From a candidate division WOR-3 bacterium (lineage in GTDB: Bacteria > Hydrothermota > Hydrothermia > B15-G9 > WFZT01): DNA of 16,463 nucleotides. The translations under genes and the position numbers were made by a program. The notes beneath the pieces were generated by a model. That model was not told where the DNA came from, searched no databases, and was given only the letters and a program-made list of their open reading frames with translations. Every line of letters starts with the position of its first letter. Within the stretch, counting starts at the first letter, position 1. The stretch spans positions 1-16,463 of the forward strand of contig JALUEE010000037.1 in NCBI GenBank assembly GCA_027053075.1, given 5' to 3'. Of this stretch, positions 6,328-15,243 are shown one piece after another.

Positions 6328-8010
6328 TCAGTGTCTTCCAAATTTTCTCTCGAGCTCCTCGAGGCTAAGCTTGATGATGGTTGGCCGTCCGTGAGGGCAA
6401 AAATATGGGTTCTTGCAGTGGAATAGCTGATTTATAAGAGACATCATTTCCTCTGTACTAAGAGGCTCACCAGCCTTAACTGCCGCCTTACAGGCAATGG
6501 TTTTAAGTGAGTACTGGAATCTGTCCGGAAGCGACTTCTTCACCTCCAGCTCGTTTAGAATTTCCCTGAACTCATCTTTAGTGATGGATGGGAAAACATT
6601 GGGAACCCCCTCAATCACTATGGTTGTCTGTGAAAACTTCCTGATCCTGAATCCAAATGACTCAAGAATGTCCCTATATTCATCATAAACCTGCATTTCT
6701 TGTGGAGTCAGGTGGATGGTAACAGGGAAAAGCAGGTTTTGAGTTCCCACTTTTTTCTCCGTTAATTGCTCATATATGACCCTTTCATGGGCGGCATGCT
6801 GGTCTATTATCACTATTCCGCTTTTCACCTCTGCGATTATGTAACTGTTATGGGCCTGCCAGACAGCCTGGGGAACCATCTGCTCTGGTTCCTGGGGCTC
6901 AGATAGGCTCATCTCACCAAGCTCGAGCTGACGGGCATTTTTGCTCTCTGGCGCTGGATGATATGAGGGAGCATGAGTTACTCTAAGAATTGGTGTTGAT
7001 CCCGAAGCAGGTACTGTAAGATACGACTCTTTCGTCACTTCCAGTGTCTCCCGCACACTCCTGTAAACCCTTTCAAAAATCCGGAGTGACCTCGAAAATC
7101 TTACGTCCTTTTTCTGTGGATGTATGTTGAAATCTATGTACTGGGAATCAACCTTTATGAATAGCACAAATTCAGGGTTGTTTTTAACTTCCATAAGTGC
7201 TTTGTAAATGGCAGAGCGAACCTGGTCACTCTTCACACTGCGACCGTTTACAAGGATAAGCTGTATAACCGGCCTCACCTTCATCTTTTCTGGCCTCGTA
7301 ATCCGGCCCCAAATCTCGAGGGTACTGCCGAATTTCGAATTTATTTCAACGGTCTCTTCAATAAAATCTTCACCATAAATATCTCTGATACGTTCATCAT
7401 GACTTTCAACTGGTCTGAGGTTGTAGACCTCATTACCGTTGATGACGAGCTCAAATCCAATCTGGGGATTCCACAGGGCGTAGGTTGTTACAGTCTCAAT
7501 GATTCTTCTGCCCTCATAAAGATCACCACCAAGGAATTTTCTTCTCACGGGGAAGTTGTAAAACAGGTCTCTTACGATAACAGTTGTACCCTTTCTGTAT
7601 GGTGCGGGTTTTATCTCCCTTGGAGTCGTGCCTTCAAAAACAACTTCCCAGCTATTCTCCGAATCATCCTGTGTTCCTGATTTTATGGTGAGCTTTGAAA
7701 CCGCGGCAATTGAATAAAGGGCCTCACCCCTGAATCCGAGAGTGGCAATATTTGAGAGGTCCTCCTCGCTTCTAATCTTACTCGTTGTAAACCTTTCAAC
7801 AGCAAGGGGAATCTGATCCCTGGTCATTCCTACGCCATCGTCCTCAACAATAATAAGACGCTTACCGCTCTCTTCTGCAACAATCCTGATATTTTGAGCG
7901 CCGGCGTCTATAGCATTTTCGACAAGCTCTCGCACTACAGATGCCGGGTTTTCTATAACCTCACCAGCGGCTATTTTCTTTATAACCTCATCGGGCAGCT
8001 TTTTAATCAT
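6328..8010 (-). CDS. mutL: DNA mismatch repair endonuclease MutL, 560 aa
   Basis: GHKL ATPase motifs IAAGEVIE, ELVENAIDAG, DDGVGM, GFRGEAL and DFNIHPQK. C-terminal endonuclease motifs DQHAAHER...E, ACK and CPHGRP. Clamp-binding-like QNLLFP. Confidence 0.98.
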   Translation of the reverse strand: MIKKLPDEVIKKIAAGEVIENPASVVRELVENAIDAGAQNIRIVAEESGKRLIIVEDDGVGMTRDQIPLAVERFTTSKIRSEEDLSNIATLGFRGEALYSIAAVSKLTIKSGTQDDSENSWEVVFEGTTPREIKPAPYRKGTTVIVRDLFYNFPVRRKFLGGDLYEGRRIIETVTTYALWNPQIGFELVINGNEVYNLRPVESHDERIRDIYGEDFIEETVEINSKFGSTLEIWGRITRPEKMKVRPVIQLILVNGRSVKSDQVRSAIYKALMEVKNNPEFVLFIKVDSQYIDFNIHPQKKDVRFSRSLRIFERVYRSVRETLEVTKESYLTVPASGSTPILRVTHAPSYHPAPESKNARQLELGEMSLSEPQEPEQMVPQAVWQAHNSYIIAEVKSGIVIIDQHAAHERVIYEQLTEKKVGTQNLLFPVTIHLTPQEMQVYDEYRDILESFGFRIRKFSQTTIVIEGVPNVFPSITKDEFREILNELEVKKSLPDRFQYSLKTIACKAAVKAGEPLSTEEMMSLINQLFHCKNPYFCPHGRPTIIKLSLEELERKFGRH

Positions 8011-8920
8011 TGATCCTCTTTATGAAAAACTCCTCTATCAGTTTTTCGGGCTCAAATCCCATTTTGTGAGACAGGTATTTTAAAGCAAGGGACTCCACAA
8101 CAGTTGAAATATTTTTACCCGGGACCACAGGCATCTCCACAAGAGGGAGCTTCACGCCGAGTATATCCGTTTTCTTAAAATCAAATCCCAGTCTATCAAC
8201 TGGGTCTTCCTGTGTCCTTTTGAGCTCAACCACAATGTCAACGGTCTTCGTATCTTCAACTGAAGCAACACCATAGGTGTGGAGAATATCGATCAATCCT
8301 ATGCCTCGAAGCTCCATTAAAAACCTCGAATCACCTGTAGGGGCACCGGATTTTCCCGTCAACTTACCCTCTGGATAGGCAATGAGCTCCACAAAATCAT
8401 CGCCAACAAGCTTGTGTCCCTTTCTAACCAGGTCAAGGGCGCATTCACTTTTACCAATGCCACTTTCTCCACGAAGAAGGATTCCAACTCCAAAAACGTC
8501 AACAAGGGTTCCATGAAGCTTCTGCCGCCTTGCCAGCATAAATTTCAGGTAGTTTCCAAGCAAAATAATGATTTCTGTTGCAGTGTAAGGTGTGGAAAGT
8601 ACCGGTATCTTAAAACGGTTGGATAGCTTTAAAAACTCATCCGAGGGTATAGAGTCTTGTGAAAAAATTAGAAACGGGGCATTTTCAAATCCCCGGATAA
8701 TTGTTCGCAGACGACGTGACCTTTTCAAGAACTCGCATTCTACCTCAGTAAAGAGAGGAATTACATTTTGTGGAATCTTTTCTTTAGGGTCCTTCAGGAA
8801 TAAACCAGGAATGTAAAATTCCGTGGTGTAAACAACATTATCAATGCCTGCTTCATCGGAGATCAGGCGTAATTTCAAAAAACTCTGCGATATAAGGTCT
8901 TTAACTCTTATCGGGTCCAA
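8003..8920 (-). CDS. hprK: HPr(Ser) kinase/phosphorylase, 305 aa
   Basis: LHGTLVDVFGVGILLRGESGIGKSECALDLVRKGHKLVGDD (Walker A), ELRGIGLID signature, DRLG and PVVPGKN. TTG start abuts the hpf stop; the 3' end overlaps the mutL start. Confidence 0.96.
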   Translation of the reverse strand: MDPIRVKDLISQSFLKLRLISDEAGIDNVVYTTEFYIPGLFLKDPKEKIPQNVIPLFTEVECEFLKRSRRLRTIIRGFENAPFLIFSQDSIPSDEFLKLSNRFKIPVLSTPYTATEIIILLGNYLKFMLARRQKLHGTLVDVFGVGILLRGESGIGKSECALDLVRKGHKLVGDDFVELIAYPEGKLTGKSGAPTGDSRFLMELRGIGLIDILHTYGVASVEDTKTVDIVVELKRTQEDPVDRLGFDFKKTDILGVKLPLVEMPVVPGKNISTVVESLALKYLSHKMGFEPEKLIEEFFIKRIND

Positions 8921-9214
8921 TCAAGCTCTTCTATCCTTTAATTTGTCTTCGTACTTTTTAAGCTGAGTTTTTATCTTGTCTTTAAGCTCATCTATGGCGT
9001 TAAATGCATCCTTTCCCACAGCAGAGACCTTAAGGGTGCTTCCCTTCACTTTAACAATCATCTCACCCTTGACTCTGCCTTTCTCTTCTTCAAGAATGAG
9101 CTCGCTATCAATAATATTTCTCGAAAAACGGTCGAGTGTACTTAATCTTTTCTCTGCATACTGCTTGAGGCCATTGGTTACCTCCAGATTCTTGCCCTGG
9201 ATGCTAATCTTCAT
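8921..9214 (-). CDS. raiA: Ribosome hibernation factor HPF/RaiA (short form), 97 aa
   Basis: MKISIQGKNLEVT.GLKQYAEKRL...DAFNAID...KIKTQLKKYEDKLK matches the Ribosomal_S30AE pattern. RBS AGGAGG. Confidence 0.92.
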   Translation of the reverse strand: MKISIQGKNLEVTNGLKQYAEKRLSTLDRFSRNIIDSELILEEEKGRVKGEMIVKVKGSTLKVSAVGKDAFNAIDELKDKIKTQLKKYEDKLKDRRA

Positions 9215-9234
9215 TTGTAACCTCCTTTGTGTTT

Positions 9235-10017
9235 TTAAATTCCACTTATATTAATTAAGCCACTCAATAAAAAAGTCAACAAGATATTGGCAAGGAGACC
9301 TGCGACAATGTCATCAGCCATTATACCTAACCCAGAGGGCAGATTTTCAAAATATTTAATGGGCCAGGGTTTTACAATGTCAAAAAACCTGAAAAAAACG
9401 AATCCTGTAAGCAAAACTGGCAGAGTAAATCTGTGAAATATAATAGCTGTCCCAACCCCCACAACTTCATCAATCACCACCGATTTTGGGTCATCTCCCC
9501 ATTTATCCTCAAGATAGCTCGAAACCCATACACCCACAATCGTAGCCGAAATCAGGAATAGACCAACAAAAGATTCGGAAAGCTTCAGATAGTAAATCAA
9601 GAGAACAAAAACAAAGCTCGCTATGGTTCCAGGTCCCACCGGGATTTTACCAATAAATCCGAATGTTCCCACGAAATCAATCGTCAGGTCACCCGTAAAT
9701 CTGAAAGCCAGATAACCGGTGATGGCACCGACGGCATCAGCCAGGAAATCCTCCATGCTAAATGTCCTGTATGGGATAAAAGCCTGAACAATTTCAACAA
9801 AGAAACCGATGGCAAGGGTAACGATAAGCATCTTCAGCCAGTTCTTCTCGTACCCTTTCATGAAGAAGACCATAAGGAAGAAGAAACCGGTGAAGTGTAA
9901 GAGCTTATCAAAATTATTAACACTGGCAAGATGACCAGCGGGTACAACAGCCGAAACAAAAAATATGAACGCAAATATCCATGCAATATAACGGAAATCT
10001 TTGAGGATTTTTGTCAT
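9235..10017 (-). CDS. pgpA: Fusion of an N-terminal VanZ-like membrane domain and a C-terminal phosphatidylglycerophosphatase A, 260 aa
   Basis: VanZ motifs DKLLHF..F and EIVQ.FIPYRTFS.EDFLADAVG. PgpA motifs G.IGKIP.GPGT.AS, DP..VVIDEVVG, F.FFRFFDIVKPWPI and GLGIMADDIVAG. One continuous frame; ATGA overlap with the comM stop. Confidence 0.88.
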   Translation of the reverse strand: MTKILKDFRYIAWIFAFIFFVSAVVPAGHLASVNNFDKLLHFTGFFFLMVFFMKGYEKNWLKMLIVTLAIGFFVEIVQAFIPYRTFSMEDFLADAVGAITGYLAFRFTGDLTIDFVGTFGFIGKIPVGPGTIASFVFVLLIYYLKLSESFVGLFLISATIVGVWVSSYLEDKWGDDPKSVVIDEVVGVGTAIIFHRFTLPVLLTGFVFFRFFDIVKPWPIKYFENLPSGLGIMADDIVAGLLANILLTFLLSGLINISGI

Positions 10018-11573
10018 TTCTGGTAAATCACTCCAGTAAACCAGTTGCTTCGATCAAGAGCCCTATATTGTATAGCCTCGGCCACGTGATGGGATTTAAT
10101 ATTTTCGCTTCCCTCAAGGTCTGCGATAGTCCTCGAAACCTTCAGAATACGATGATAAGCCCTCGAAGAGAAGCCAAATTTCTCAATGGCCATCTTAAGC
10201 AGTTTCTCAGATTCCACGTCTATTTTGCAGTATCTTTTGATTTCTTTGGGACCAATCTGTGAATTGCTGTGTACACCTTTTAAACGCCTGTACCTTTGCC
10301 TCTGAATCTCCCTTGCATTTTCCACACGCTCTCTGATTTTAGAGGAAAGCTCTCCTTCACTCTCCTTTCTAAGCTCTTCAAACGGTAGTGCCGGCACTTC
10401 AATATGGATATCAATACGGTCGAGAAGCGGTCCTGAAACCTTCGCATGGTATCTCTGGATCATAGAGGGCGTACATGTGCATTCGTGATAAGGGTCTGTT
10501 AAATAGCCACAGGGGCAAGGGTTCATGGCCGCCACAAGCATAAATCTTGCGGGATAGGTCACGGACATCTTTGCCCTTGAAATGGTGACAATGCCGTCCT
10601 CAAGAGGTTGCCTCAGGACTTCTAAAACATTGCGGTTGAACTCTGGTAATTCGTCGAGGAATAGAACTCCATTGTGAGCAAGACTTACCTCTCCCGGTCT
10701 GGGATTTGCACCACCGCCGATCAGACCTGCATCAGAAATAGTGTGATGTGGAGCCCTGAAAGGCCTCGTCGCTACAATAGCCTCATCGCTTCTCAGCTTA
10801 CCAGCAACAGAATGAATCTTTGTTGTCTCAAGCGCCTCCTCAAGAGTCATACGTGGCAAAATCGTTGGAACACGTCTTGCGAGCATGGTTTTGCCCGAGC
10901 CCGGCGGGCCAATCATCAGTATGTTGTGTCCTCCTGCCGCTGCGACCTCAAGGGCTCTCTTTGCCTGCTCCTGACCCTTTACCTCTGAAAAATCCACATC
11001 GTAGGTCGCATTACTCGAGAAAATCTGTTCCACATTAACATCCGGGGCCTTTATTTCCACCTCTCCTCTTAAAAACCTCACAGTTTCAAAAAGCGTTCTC
11101 ACCGGGTATATCTTCATCCCCTCTACTATCGCACCTTCGAGCATATTTTCATAGGGCAGTATAACACCCTCAAATCCCCTATCCCTTGCGGAAAGCACCA
11201 TGGGTAAAACACCTTTAACCCTTCTTACAGCACCATCCAGCGACAGTTCGCCGATGATTATATTCTTTTCAAAGAAATTGCTTTCTGGTACATCACCAAT
11301 TGCTTTGAGAATCCCAATGGCAATGGGGAGATCAAAAGAAGACCCCTCTTTTCTGATATCAGCGGGGGCAAGATTAATTCGAACTCTTTTTACGGGCAAA
11401 CTGAAACCGGAATTTTTAAGGGCAGATTGGACCCTTTCTTTGGACTCTTTAACAGCTCCCTCAGGAAGTCCAACTGTCACGAATGATGGTAATCCCGGGG
11501 ATAGGTCAACCTCTACTTCAACGATATACCCTTCCACCCCCAGCACTGCTGAGGATAAAACTCGCGAAAACAA
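10014..11573 (-). CDS. comM: YifB/ComM-family Mg-chelatase-like AAA+ ATPase (branch-migration helicase), 519 aa
   Basis: Lon-like N-domain (VGLPE..VKES..RV, INLAPAD.RKEG..FDLPIA), Walker A GPPGSGKT, PFRAPHH, PGEVSLAHNGVLFLDE, AAMNPCPCG, SGPLLDRID. TTG start with AGGAGG RBS. Confidence 0.96.
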   Translation of the reverse strand: MFSRVLSSAVLGVEGYIVEVEVDLSPGLPSFVTVGLPEGAVKESKERVQSALKNSGFSLPVKRVRINLAPADIRKEGSSFDLPIAIGILKAIGDVPESNFFEKNIIIGELSLDGAVRRVKGVLPMVLSARDRGFEGVILPYENMLEGAIVEGMKIYPVRTLFETVRFLRGEVEIKAPDVNVEQIFSSNATYDVDFSEVKGQEQAKRALEVAAAGGHNILMIGPPGSGKTMLARRVPTILPRMTLEEALETTKIHSVAGKLRSDEAIVATRPFRAPHHTISDAGLIGGGANPRPGEVSLAHNGVLFLDELPEFNRNVLEVLRQPLEDGIVTISRAKMSVTYPARFMLVAAMNPCPCGYLTDPYHECTCTPSMIQRYHAKVSGPLLDRIDIHIEVPALPFEELRKESEGELSSKIRERVENAREIQRQRYRRLKGVHSNSQIGPKEIKRYCKIDVESEKLLKMAIEKFGFSSRAYHRILKVSRTIADLEGSENIKSHHVAEAIQYRALDRSNWFTGVIYQK

Positions 11574-11594
11574 TGTACCCCCTCCTTGTGCATC

Positions 11595-12353
11595 TTACTT
11601 TTCTTCTTTTGCCTTTCTATACGAGTCATAAAATGCCTGGAACATCTCGAGAGGAAGCGGGAAAATGATGGTAGAGGTATTCTCAGAGGATATTTCACGG
11701 ACAGTTTGAAGGAATCTCAACTGCAGGGTAATGGGATTACGTGCCAGTATATCTGCCGCAGATGAAAGCTTCTCAGCAGCCTGATACTCACCCTCTGCAT
11801 TGATGATCTTCGCCCTTCTTTCTCTTTCAGCCTCTGCCTGACGGGCCATTGCTCTTTGCATCTCCTGTGGGAGATCAACATGCTTGATCTCAACCGCCGA
11901 GACCTTCACACCCCATGGGTCAGTTTGCTCATCAATTATTCTCTGCAATCTCTGATTAAGTTTCTCACGCTGAGAGAGAAGCTCATCGAGCTCGACTTCT
12001 CCAAGAACACTTCTCAGGGTTGTCTGTGCAATCTGGGACGTGGCGTAGTAGTAATCCTCCACTTCAACCACGCTCTTGGCCGGGTCAAGAACTCTAAAAT
12101 AGACCACGGCATTAACCTTCACCGATACGTTATCCTTTGTGATAACATCCTGCGGTGGGACATCGAGGACAATGGTCCTGAGCGAAACTTTAACCATTTT
12201 ATCAACAAATGGGATAAGGATAATCAGGCCTGGACCTTTAACGCCGATGAGTCTTCCGAGTCTAAAGATCACCCCTCTTTCATACTCTCTTAAAATCCTG
12301 ATCATGGAGGCAAGAAAGATCAGGACAATAATACCTACGGTAATGTAGCCCAT
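11595..12353 (-). CDS. SPFH/band 7 stomatin-like (slipin) protein, 252 aa
   Basis: N-terminal TM helix, [84 protein letters not shown]. Confidence 0.96.
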   Translation of the reverse strand: MGYITVGIIVLIFLASMIRILREYERGVIFRLGRLIGVKGPGLIILIPFVDKMVKVSLRTIVLDVPPQDVITKDNVSVKVNAVVYFRVLDPAKSVVEVEDYYYATSQIAQTTLRSVLGEVELDELLSQREKLNQRLQRIIDEQTDPWGVKVSAVEIKHVDLPQEMQRAMARQAEAERERRAKIINAEGEYQAAEKLSSAADILARNPITLQLRFLQTVREISSENTSTIIFPLPLEMFQAFYDSYRKAKEEK

Positions 12354-12376
12354 TTTGAACCTCCTTGTTTGGGATA

Positions 12377-12405
12377 ATGATATTCTAAGGGGTGATGAAT
12401 TGCAA
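12377..12405 (-). promoter_or_regulatory. Putative sigma70 promoter for the SPFH-comM-pgpA-hpf-hprK-mutL cluster
   Basis: Minus strand: TTGCAA (12405-12400) -N17- TATCAT (12382-12377), then AGGAGG (12365-12360) and ATG 12353. Confidence 0.65.
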
Positions 12406-12408
12406 ATT

Positions 12409-12772
12409 TGGTGGAGGCGGCGGGAATCGAACCCGCGTCCGGGGATAATGACCCAGAAGGTCCTACATGCTTAGCCTGCCTTTTGAATTGGCACCTCCAG
12501 CTTCCCGGCAGGCGGGGAAGGTTCTGGAGGTCCCTCCGGTGTAGATGTCGCTCTGATCCCACCGGAGCGAGGACCAGAGCCGAGCTCCCTGTCTATGACA
12601 CCCTTGTGGCGAGTCGGGAGCCAGCCTCACCACAGGGCGGGCTGCTCTCCAATTAGGCAGCCATTGCGTAGTTGTACTCGGGAATTGTTTTTTGCCGCCT
12701 GTTTTACGAGGTGACGGCACCTCGGCATGCACCTTCTGGACCACGCTATCCCCGTCGAATCCTTACGCCCCC
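12409..12772 (-). ncRNA. ssrA: Transfer-messenger RNA (tmRNA), one-piece, 364 nt
   Basis: 5' GGGGGCGTAAGGATTCGACGGGG and 3' GGACGCGGGTTCGATTCCCGCCGCCTCCACCA. Acceptor stem GGGGGCG/CGCCTCC with the G3:U alanine determinant. PK1 (CGAGGTG/CACCTCG, GCCGT/GCGGC) and an internal tag ORF ending in Ala-Ala-stop. Confidence 0.97.
12653..12682 (-). other. tmRNA proteolysis-tag reading frame, (A)PEYNYAMAA*
   Basis: CCC GAG TAC AAC TAC GCA ATG GCT GCC TAA begins 11 nt (AAAAAACAATT) after PK1. The frame is clear; the exact resume codon is inferred from spacing. Confidence 0.8.
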
Positions 12773-12790
12773 ACTTTTCAAAGATCGCAT

Positions 12791-12822
12791 ACTATAAATA
12801 ACCACTTTACATCCATTGTCAA
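12791..12822 (-). promoter_or_regulatory. Putative ssrA promoter
   Basis: Perfect TTGACA (12822-12817) followed after 16 nt by the AT-rich block TATTTATAGT (12800-12791), ~20 nt upstream of the mature 5' end. The -10 register is ambiguous. Confidence 0.55.
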
Positions 12823-12833
12823 GCCCTCAGCAA

Positions 12834-15194
12834 TCAGTAAAATTCCTCCCATTCGATATTTTCTTCACCCTGCTGCTGTTTGCGATGGCGATATGTGTTG
12901 AAGTTATACTGGACGTTCAGTGAAACCATCCGCGACGTTCTCGTATACGCCCTCTTTGAATAGAAGTTCTCACCCTCGGACTCAGATTCCCATCGAAAGC
13001 TACCGGTGAGATTTCTCACCTGAAGAGTGAGAGATATGTTCCTTGTAATCTTCTCTCTCAATCCAAGATTAACAATATAAAACCCTTCACGTTTCCCCTG
13101 TGAAATGCTTACTGGACTCCTGTACCGATAAAGTACCTCGATGCCAGTTCCTGGACTCAATTTTATATCGCTGGTCAACCTCGCACTCCAGGAAAAGCTT
13201 TCATTATTCCCTCGCTCGAGCCCGGTGGCCTGGTATCTGAACATATCAAGAGACCAGTTGAGATCGAGAAAGTCCAGAGGACTCCAGTTTAGGAGTAACT
13301 CAACCCCCGTTCTATAGGCATTACCTGTGTTTTTGAAGGTTTCAATGAAAATATTCTGTGAATCTGGCTGACTCACCCGCTCGATGTTGTTGTGTATAGT
13401 TTTATGATAGACATCGGCTGAGATAAGTCCTTCTGGTATCGGGAACTTTACGCCCAACTCGTAGCTATCAATGTATTCGGACTTAAGTGAGGGGTTACCC
13501 ATCATAATGGTGTGCGGGTCAATCCAGGTCTTGAAATGGCCCATCATCCAGCCCCTTGGCCTCCTGATTCTCCTTGAGTAGCTGGCCATCAATTCCCTCG
13601 CGGCGCCAAGGTCGAAAGAAACGTGGAGGGATGGGAAATAATTAAATTCTTTAAAACTATCTTTTTCTCCAGTGAGGACATCTGTGACTGTCTTGTATGC
13701 GTATTCACCTCTGAGACCGAGCTTGTAACCCATCCTGCCGTGAGTTGAGCTAAAAAGTGCGTACAAGGCGTGTCTGCTCTCATCGTCTCTGTATGACTGA
13801 GCACTTAGGTATACAAATCTCCCACTATCCGGGTTATAAACATAGCTTTCAGTATTTGTGCTATTCTTTCTGTAGTGTCCCTGATATCCAGCTTCAAATT
13901 TACCGCTCCAGATAGGTCTTTTGTAATTTATGCGGGAATCCAACCTCCAGCCATCGCCTGTGGATGGGACTTCTCTGCCATCCAGAACCGTTCCAGATGA
14001 ATCCCATTCTGTATAATAACTGCTGCCACTACTGTGGCCACGAGAGAAAGAAAGATCAAAGTTTAGCCTGTGGACACGACTTCCAAAATTATGTTCAAAA
14101 CTAAAGAACGCACCATAATGAGGATGCTTTCTCTGGAAATCTTCTCGTGTACGGGAGCCCGCTTCGAAAATAGCGTTAATTCCACGCTCCATCTGCCATT
14201 TAGAAAAAGAACCACCGAGGGTCAAAACATCAGATGGAGATATTTTTAAATTTATGCCACCACGGAAATAGAGAGGCTTCATTGTAAATTGTGTGGTCCC
14301 ATTGGACCTGATCCATAGGGTATCGGCGGGAAGATAAATGGCCCTTTCCGTTGTATAATCACCGGGATAGCTTCTGTGTCCAAATCCGAAAGAAGCGTAT
14401 AAATCAAATCGCCTTTTCCTCTGAGTCAGGAGTACATTCAATCCATAGTTATTAAAACTCCCTGCGTTGCCAGACAGGGTGAAGCCCGTATTGCGTTTCC
14501 TGTTCTTTTTGAGAATAATGTTGATAATTCCCGCCTCACCTTCGGGATCATACTTTGCAGATGGATTGGTGATAATCTCGATTTTATCAATCATAGCAGC
14601 CGGGAGCTGCTGGAGAACCTCGTTGGGGTCCGCAAGGGTTGGACGACCATCAATGAGCAATGTAAAATTACTGCTGCCCCTGAGTTTCACGTTGCCCTCG
14701 ATATCTACCTCTACCGAAGGGGCATTTTTCAGAGCATCAACAGCGGTACCTGATGTGGTTGTTAGCTCTCGACTGACATTTATGACCTTTTTGTCAATCT
14801 TGAAAGTCAGAGCCGGGGCCTTGGCCCGCACCTCCACGGGCTTTGATGCAATAACTGCAGGTTTTAGATAAATCTTACCAAGACGGACGAAAGGCTTCTC
14901 AGGTGAGAGTACCACATTAATCCTTTTTCTCCTGTATCCGATGAAATCCACATTCAGGTAGTACTTTCCGAATTTCAAATTCTTTAGAACAAATCTACCT
15001 CTCTCATTTGTTGCTGTACCTCCTACTTTCACACTATCCTTCACTCTGTACGCAATAATCGTAGCATATTCAAGCGGAGTATTCGTCTCCGCGTCAAGCA
15101 CCACACCAACAATGGCAGTTCGAGGCCTCTTCCTTGCCTGCGCACTCAATAAAAGGGGAACAATTAGGAAGATCAGGAACAAAGACTTCCTCAT
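12834..15194 (-). CDS. TonB-dependent-receptor-like outer-membrane beta-barrel protein (carboxypeptidase-regulatory-like N-domain, plug, barrel)
   Basis: Signal peptide MRKSLFLIFLIVPLLLSA, G.V.D.ET..PLEYAT...T.T...G.F.L, plug motifs DAL...PSVEVD..GN..LRG, IDGRP and IDKIEIITNPSAKYDPEG.AGIINIILKK, then YSRRIRRP and GNPSLK.E. I moved the start to ATG 15194 (GGAGGTG RBS) instead of 15260. Confidence 0.9.
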   Translation of the reverse strand: MRKSLFLIFLIVPLLLSAQARKRPRTAIVGVVLDAETNTPLEYATIIAYRVKDSVKVGGTATNERGRFVLKNLKFGKYYLNVDFIGYRRKRINVVLSPEKPFVRLGKIYLKPAVIASKPVEVRAKAPALTFKIDKKVINVSRELTTTSGTAVDALKNAPSVEVDIEGNVKLRGSSNFTLLIDGRPTLADPNEVLQQLPAAMIDKIEIITNPSAKYDPEGEAGIINIILKKNRKRNTGFTLSGNAGSFNNYGLNVLLTQRKRRFDLYASFGFGHRSYPGDYTTERAIYLPADTLWIRSNGTTQFTMKPLYFRGGINLKISPSDVLTLGGSFSKWQMERGINAIFEAGSRTREDFQRKHPHYGAFFSFEHNFGSRVHRLNFDLSFSRGHSSGSSYYTEWDSSGTVLDGREVPSTGDGWRLDSRINYKRPIWSGKFEAGYQGHYRKNSTNTESYVYNPDSGRFVYLSAQSYRDDESRHALYALFSSTHGRMGYKLGLRGEYAYKTVTDVLTGEKDSFKEFNYFPSLHVSFDLGAARELMASYSRRIRRPRGWMMGHFKTWIDPHTIMMGNPSLKSEYIDSYELGVKFPIPEGLISADVYHKTIHNNIERVSQPDSQNIFIETFKNTGNAYRTGVELLLNWSPLDFLDLNWSLDMFRYQATGLERGNNESFSWSARLTSDIKLSPGTGIEVLYRYRSPVSISQGKREGFYIVNLGLREKITRNISLTLQVRNLTGSFRWESESEGENFYSKRAYTRTSRMVSLNVQYNFNTYRHRKQQQGEENIEWEEFY

Positions 15195-15214
15195 TTTTAC
15201 ACCTCCAGAATTTT

Positions 15215-15243
15215 TTAGACACGTACAACTTACACCTTGTTCC
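15215..15243 (-). promoter_or_regulatory. Putative ECF-sigma-dependent promoter of the outer-membrane receptor
   Basis: Minus strand: GGAACAA (15243-15237) -N16- GTCTAA (15220-15215), 20 nt upstream of the ATG. Fits the GGAAC...GTCTRA pattern of RpoE/AlgU-type ECF sigma factors. Confidence 0.5.

Noticed and set aside
12335..12901. ORFs overlapping 12335-12901 and a tRNA-like 3' end at 12409-12440
   Set aside because: All are explained by the tmRNA; the T-arm/CCA is its tRNA-like domain, not a separate tRNA or an att-site remnant.
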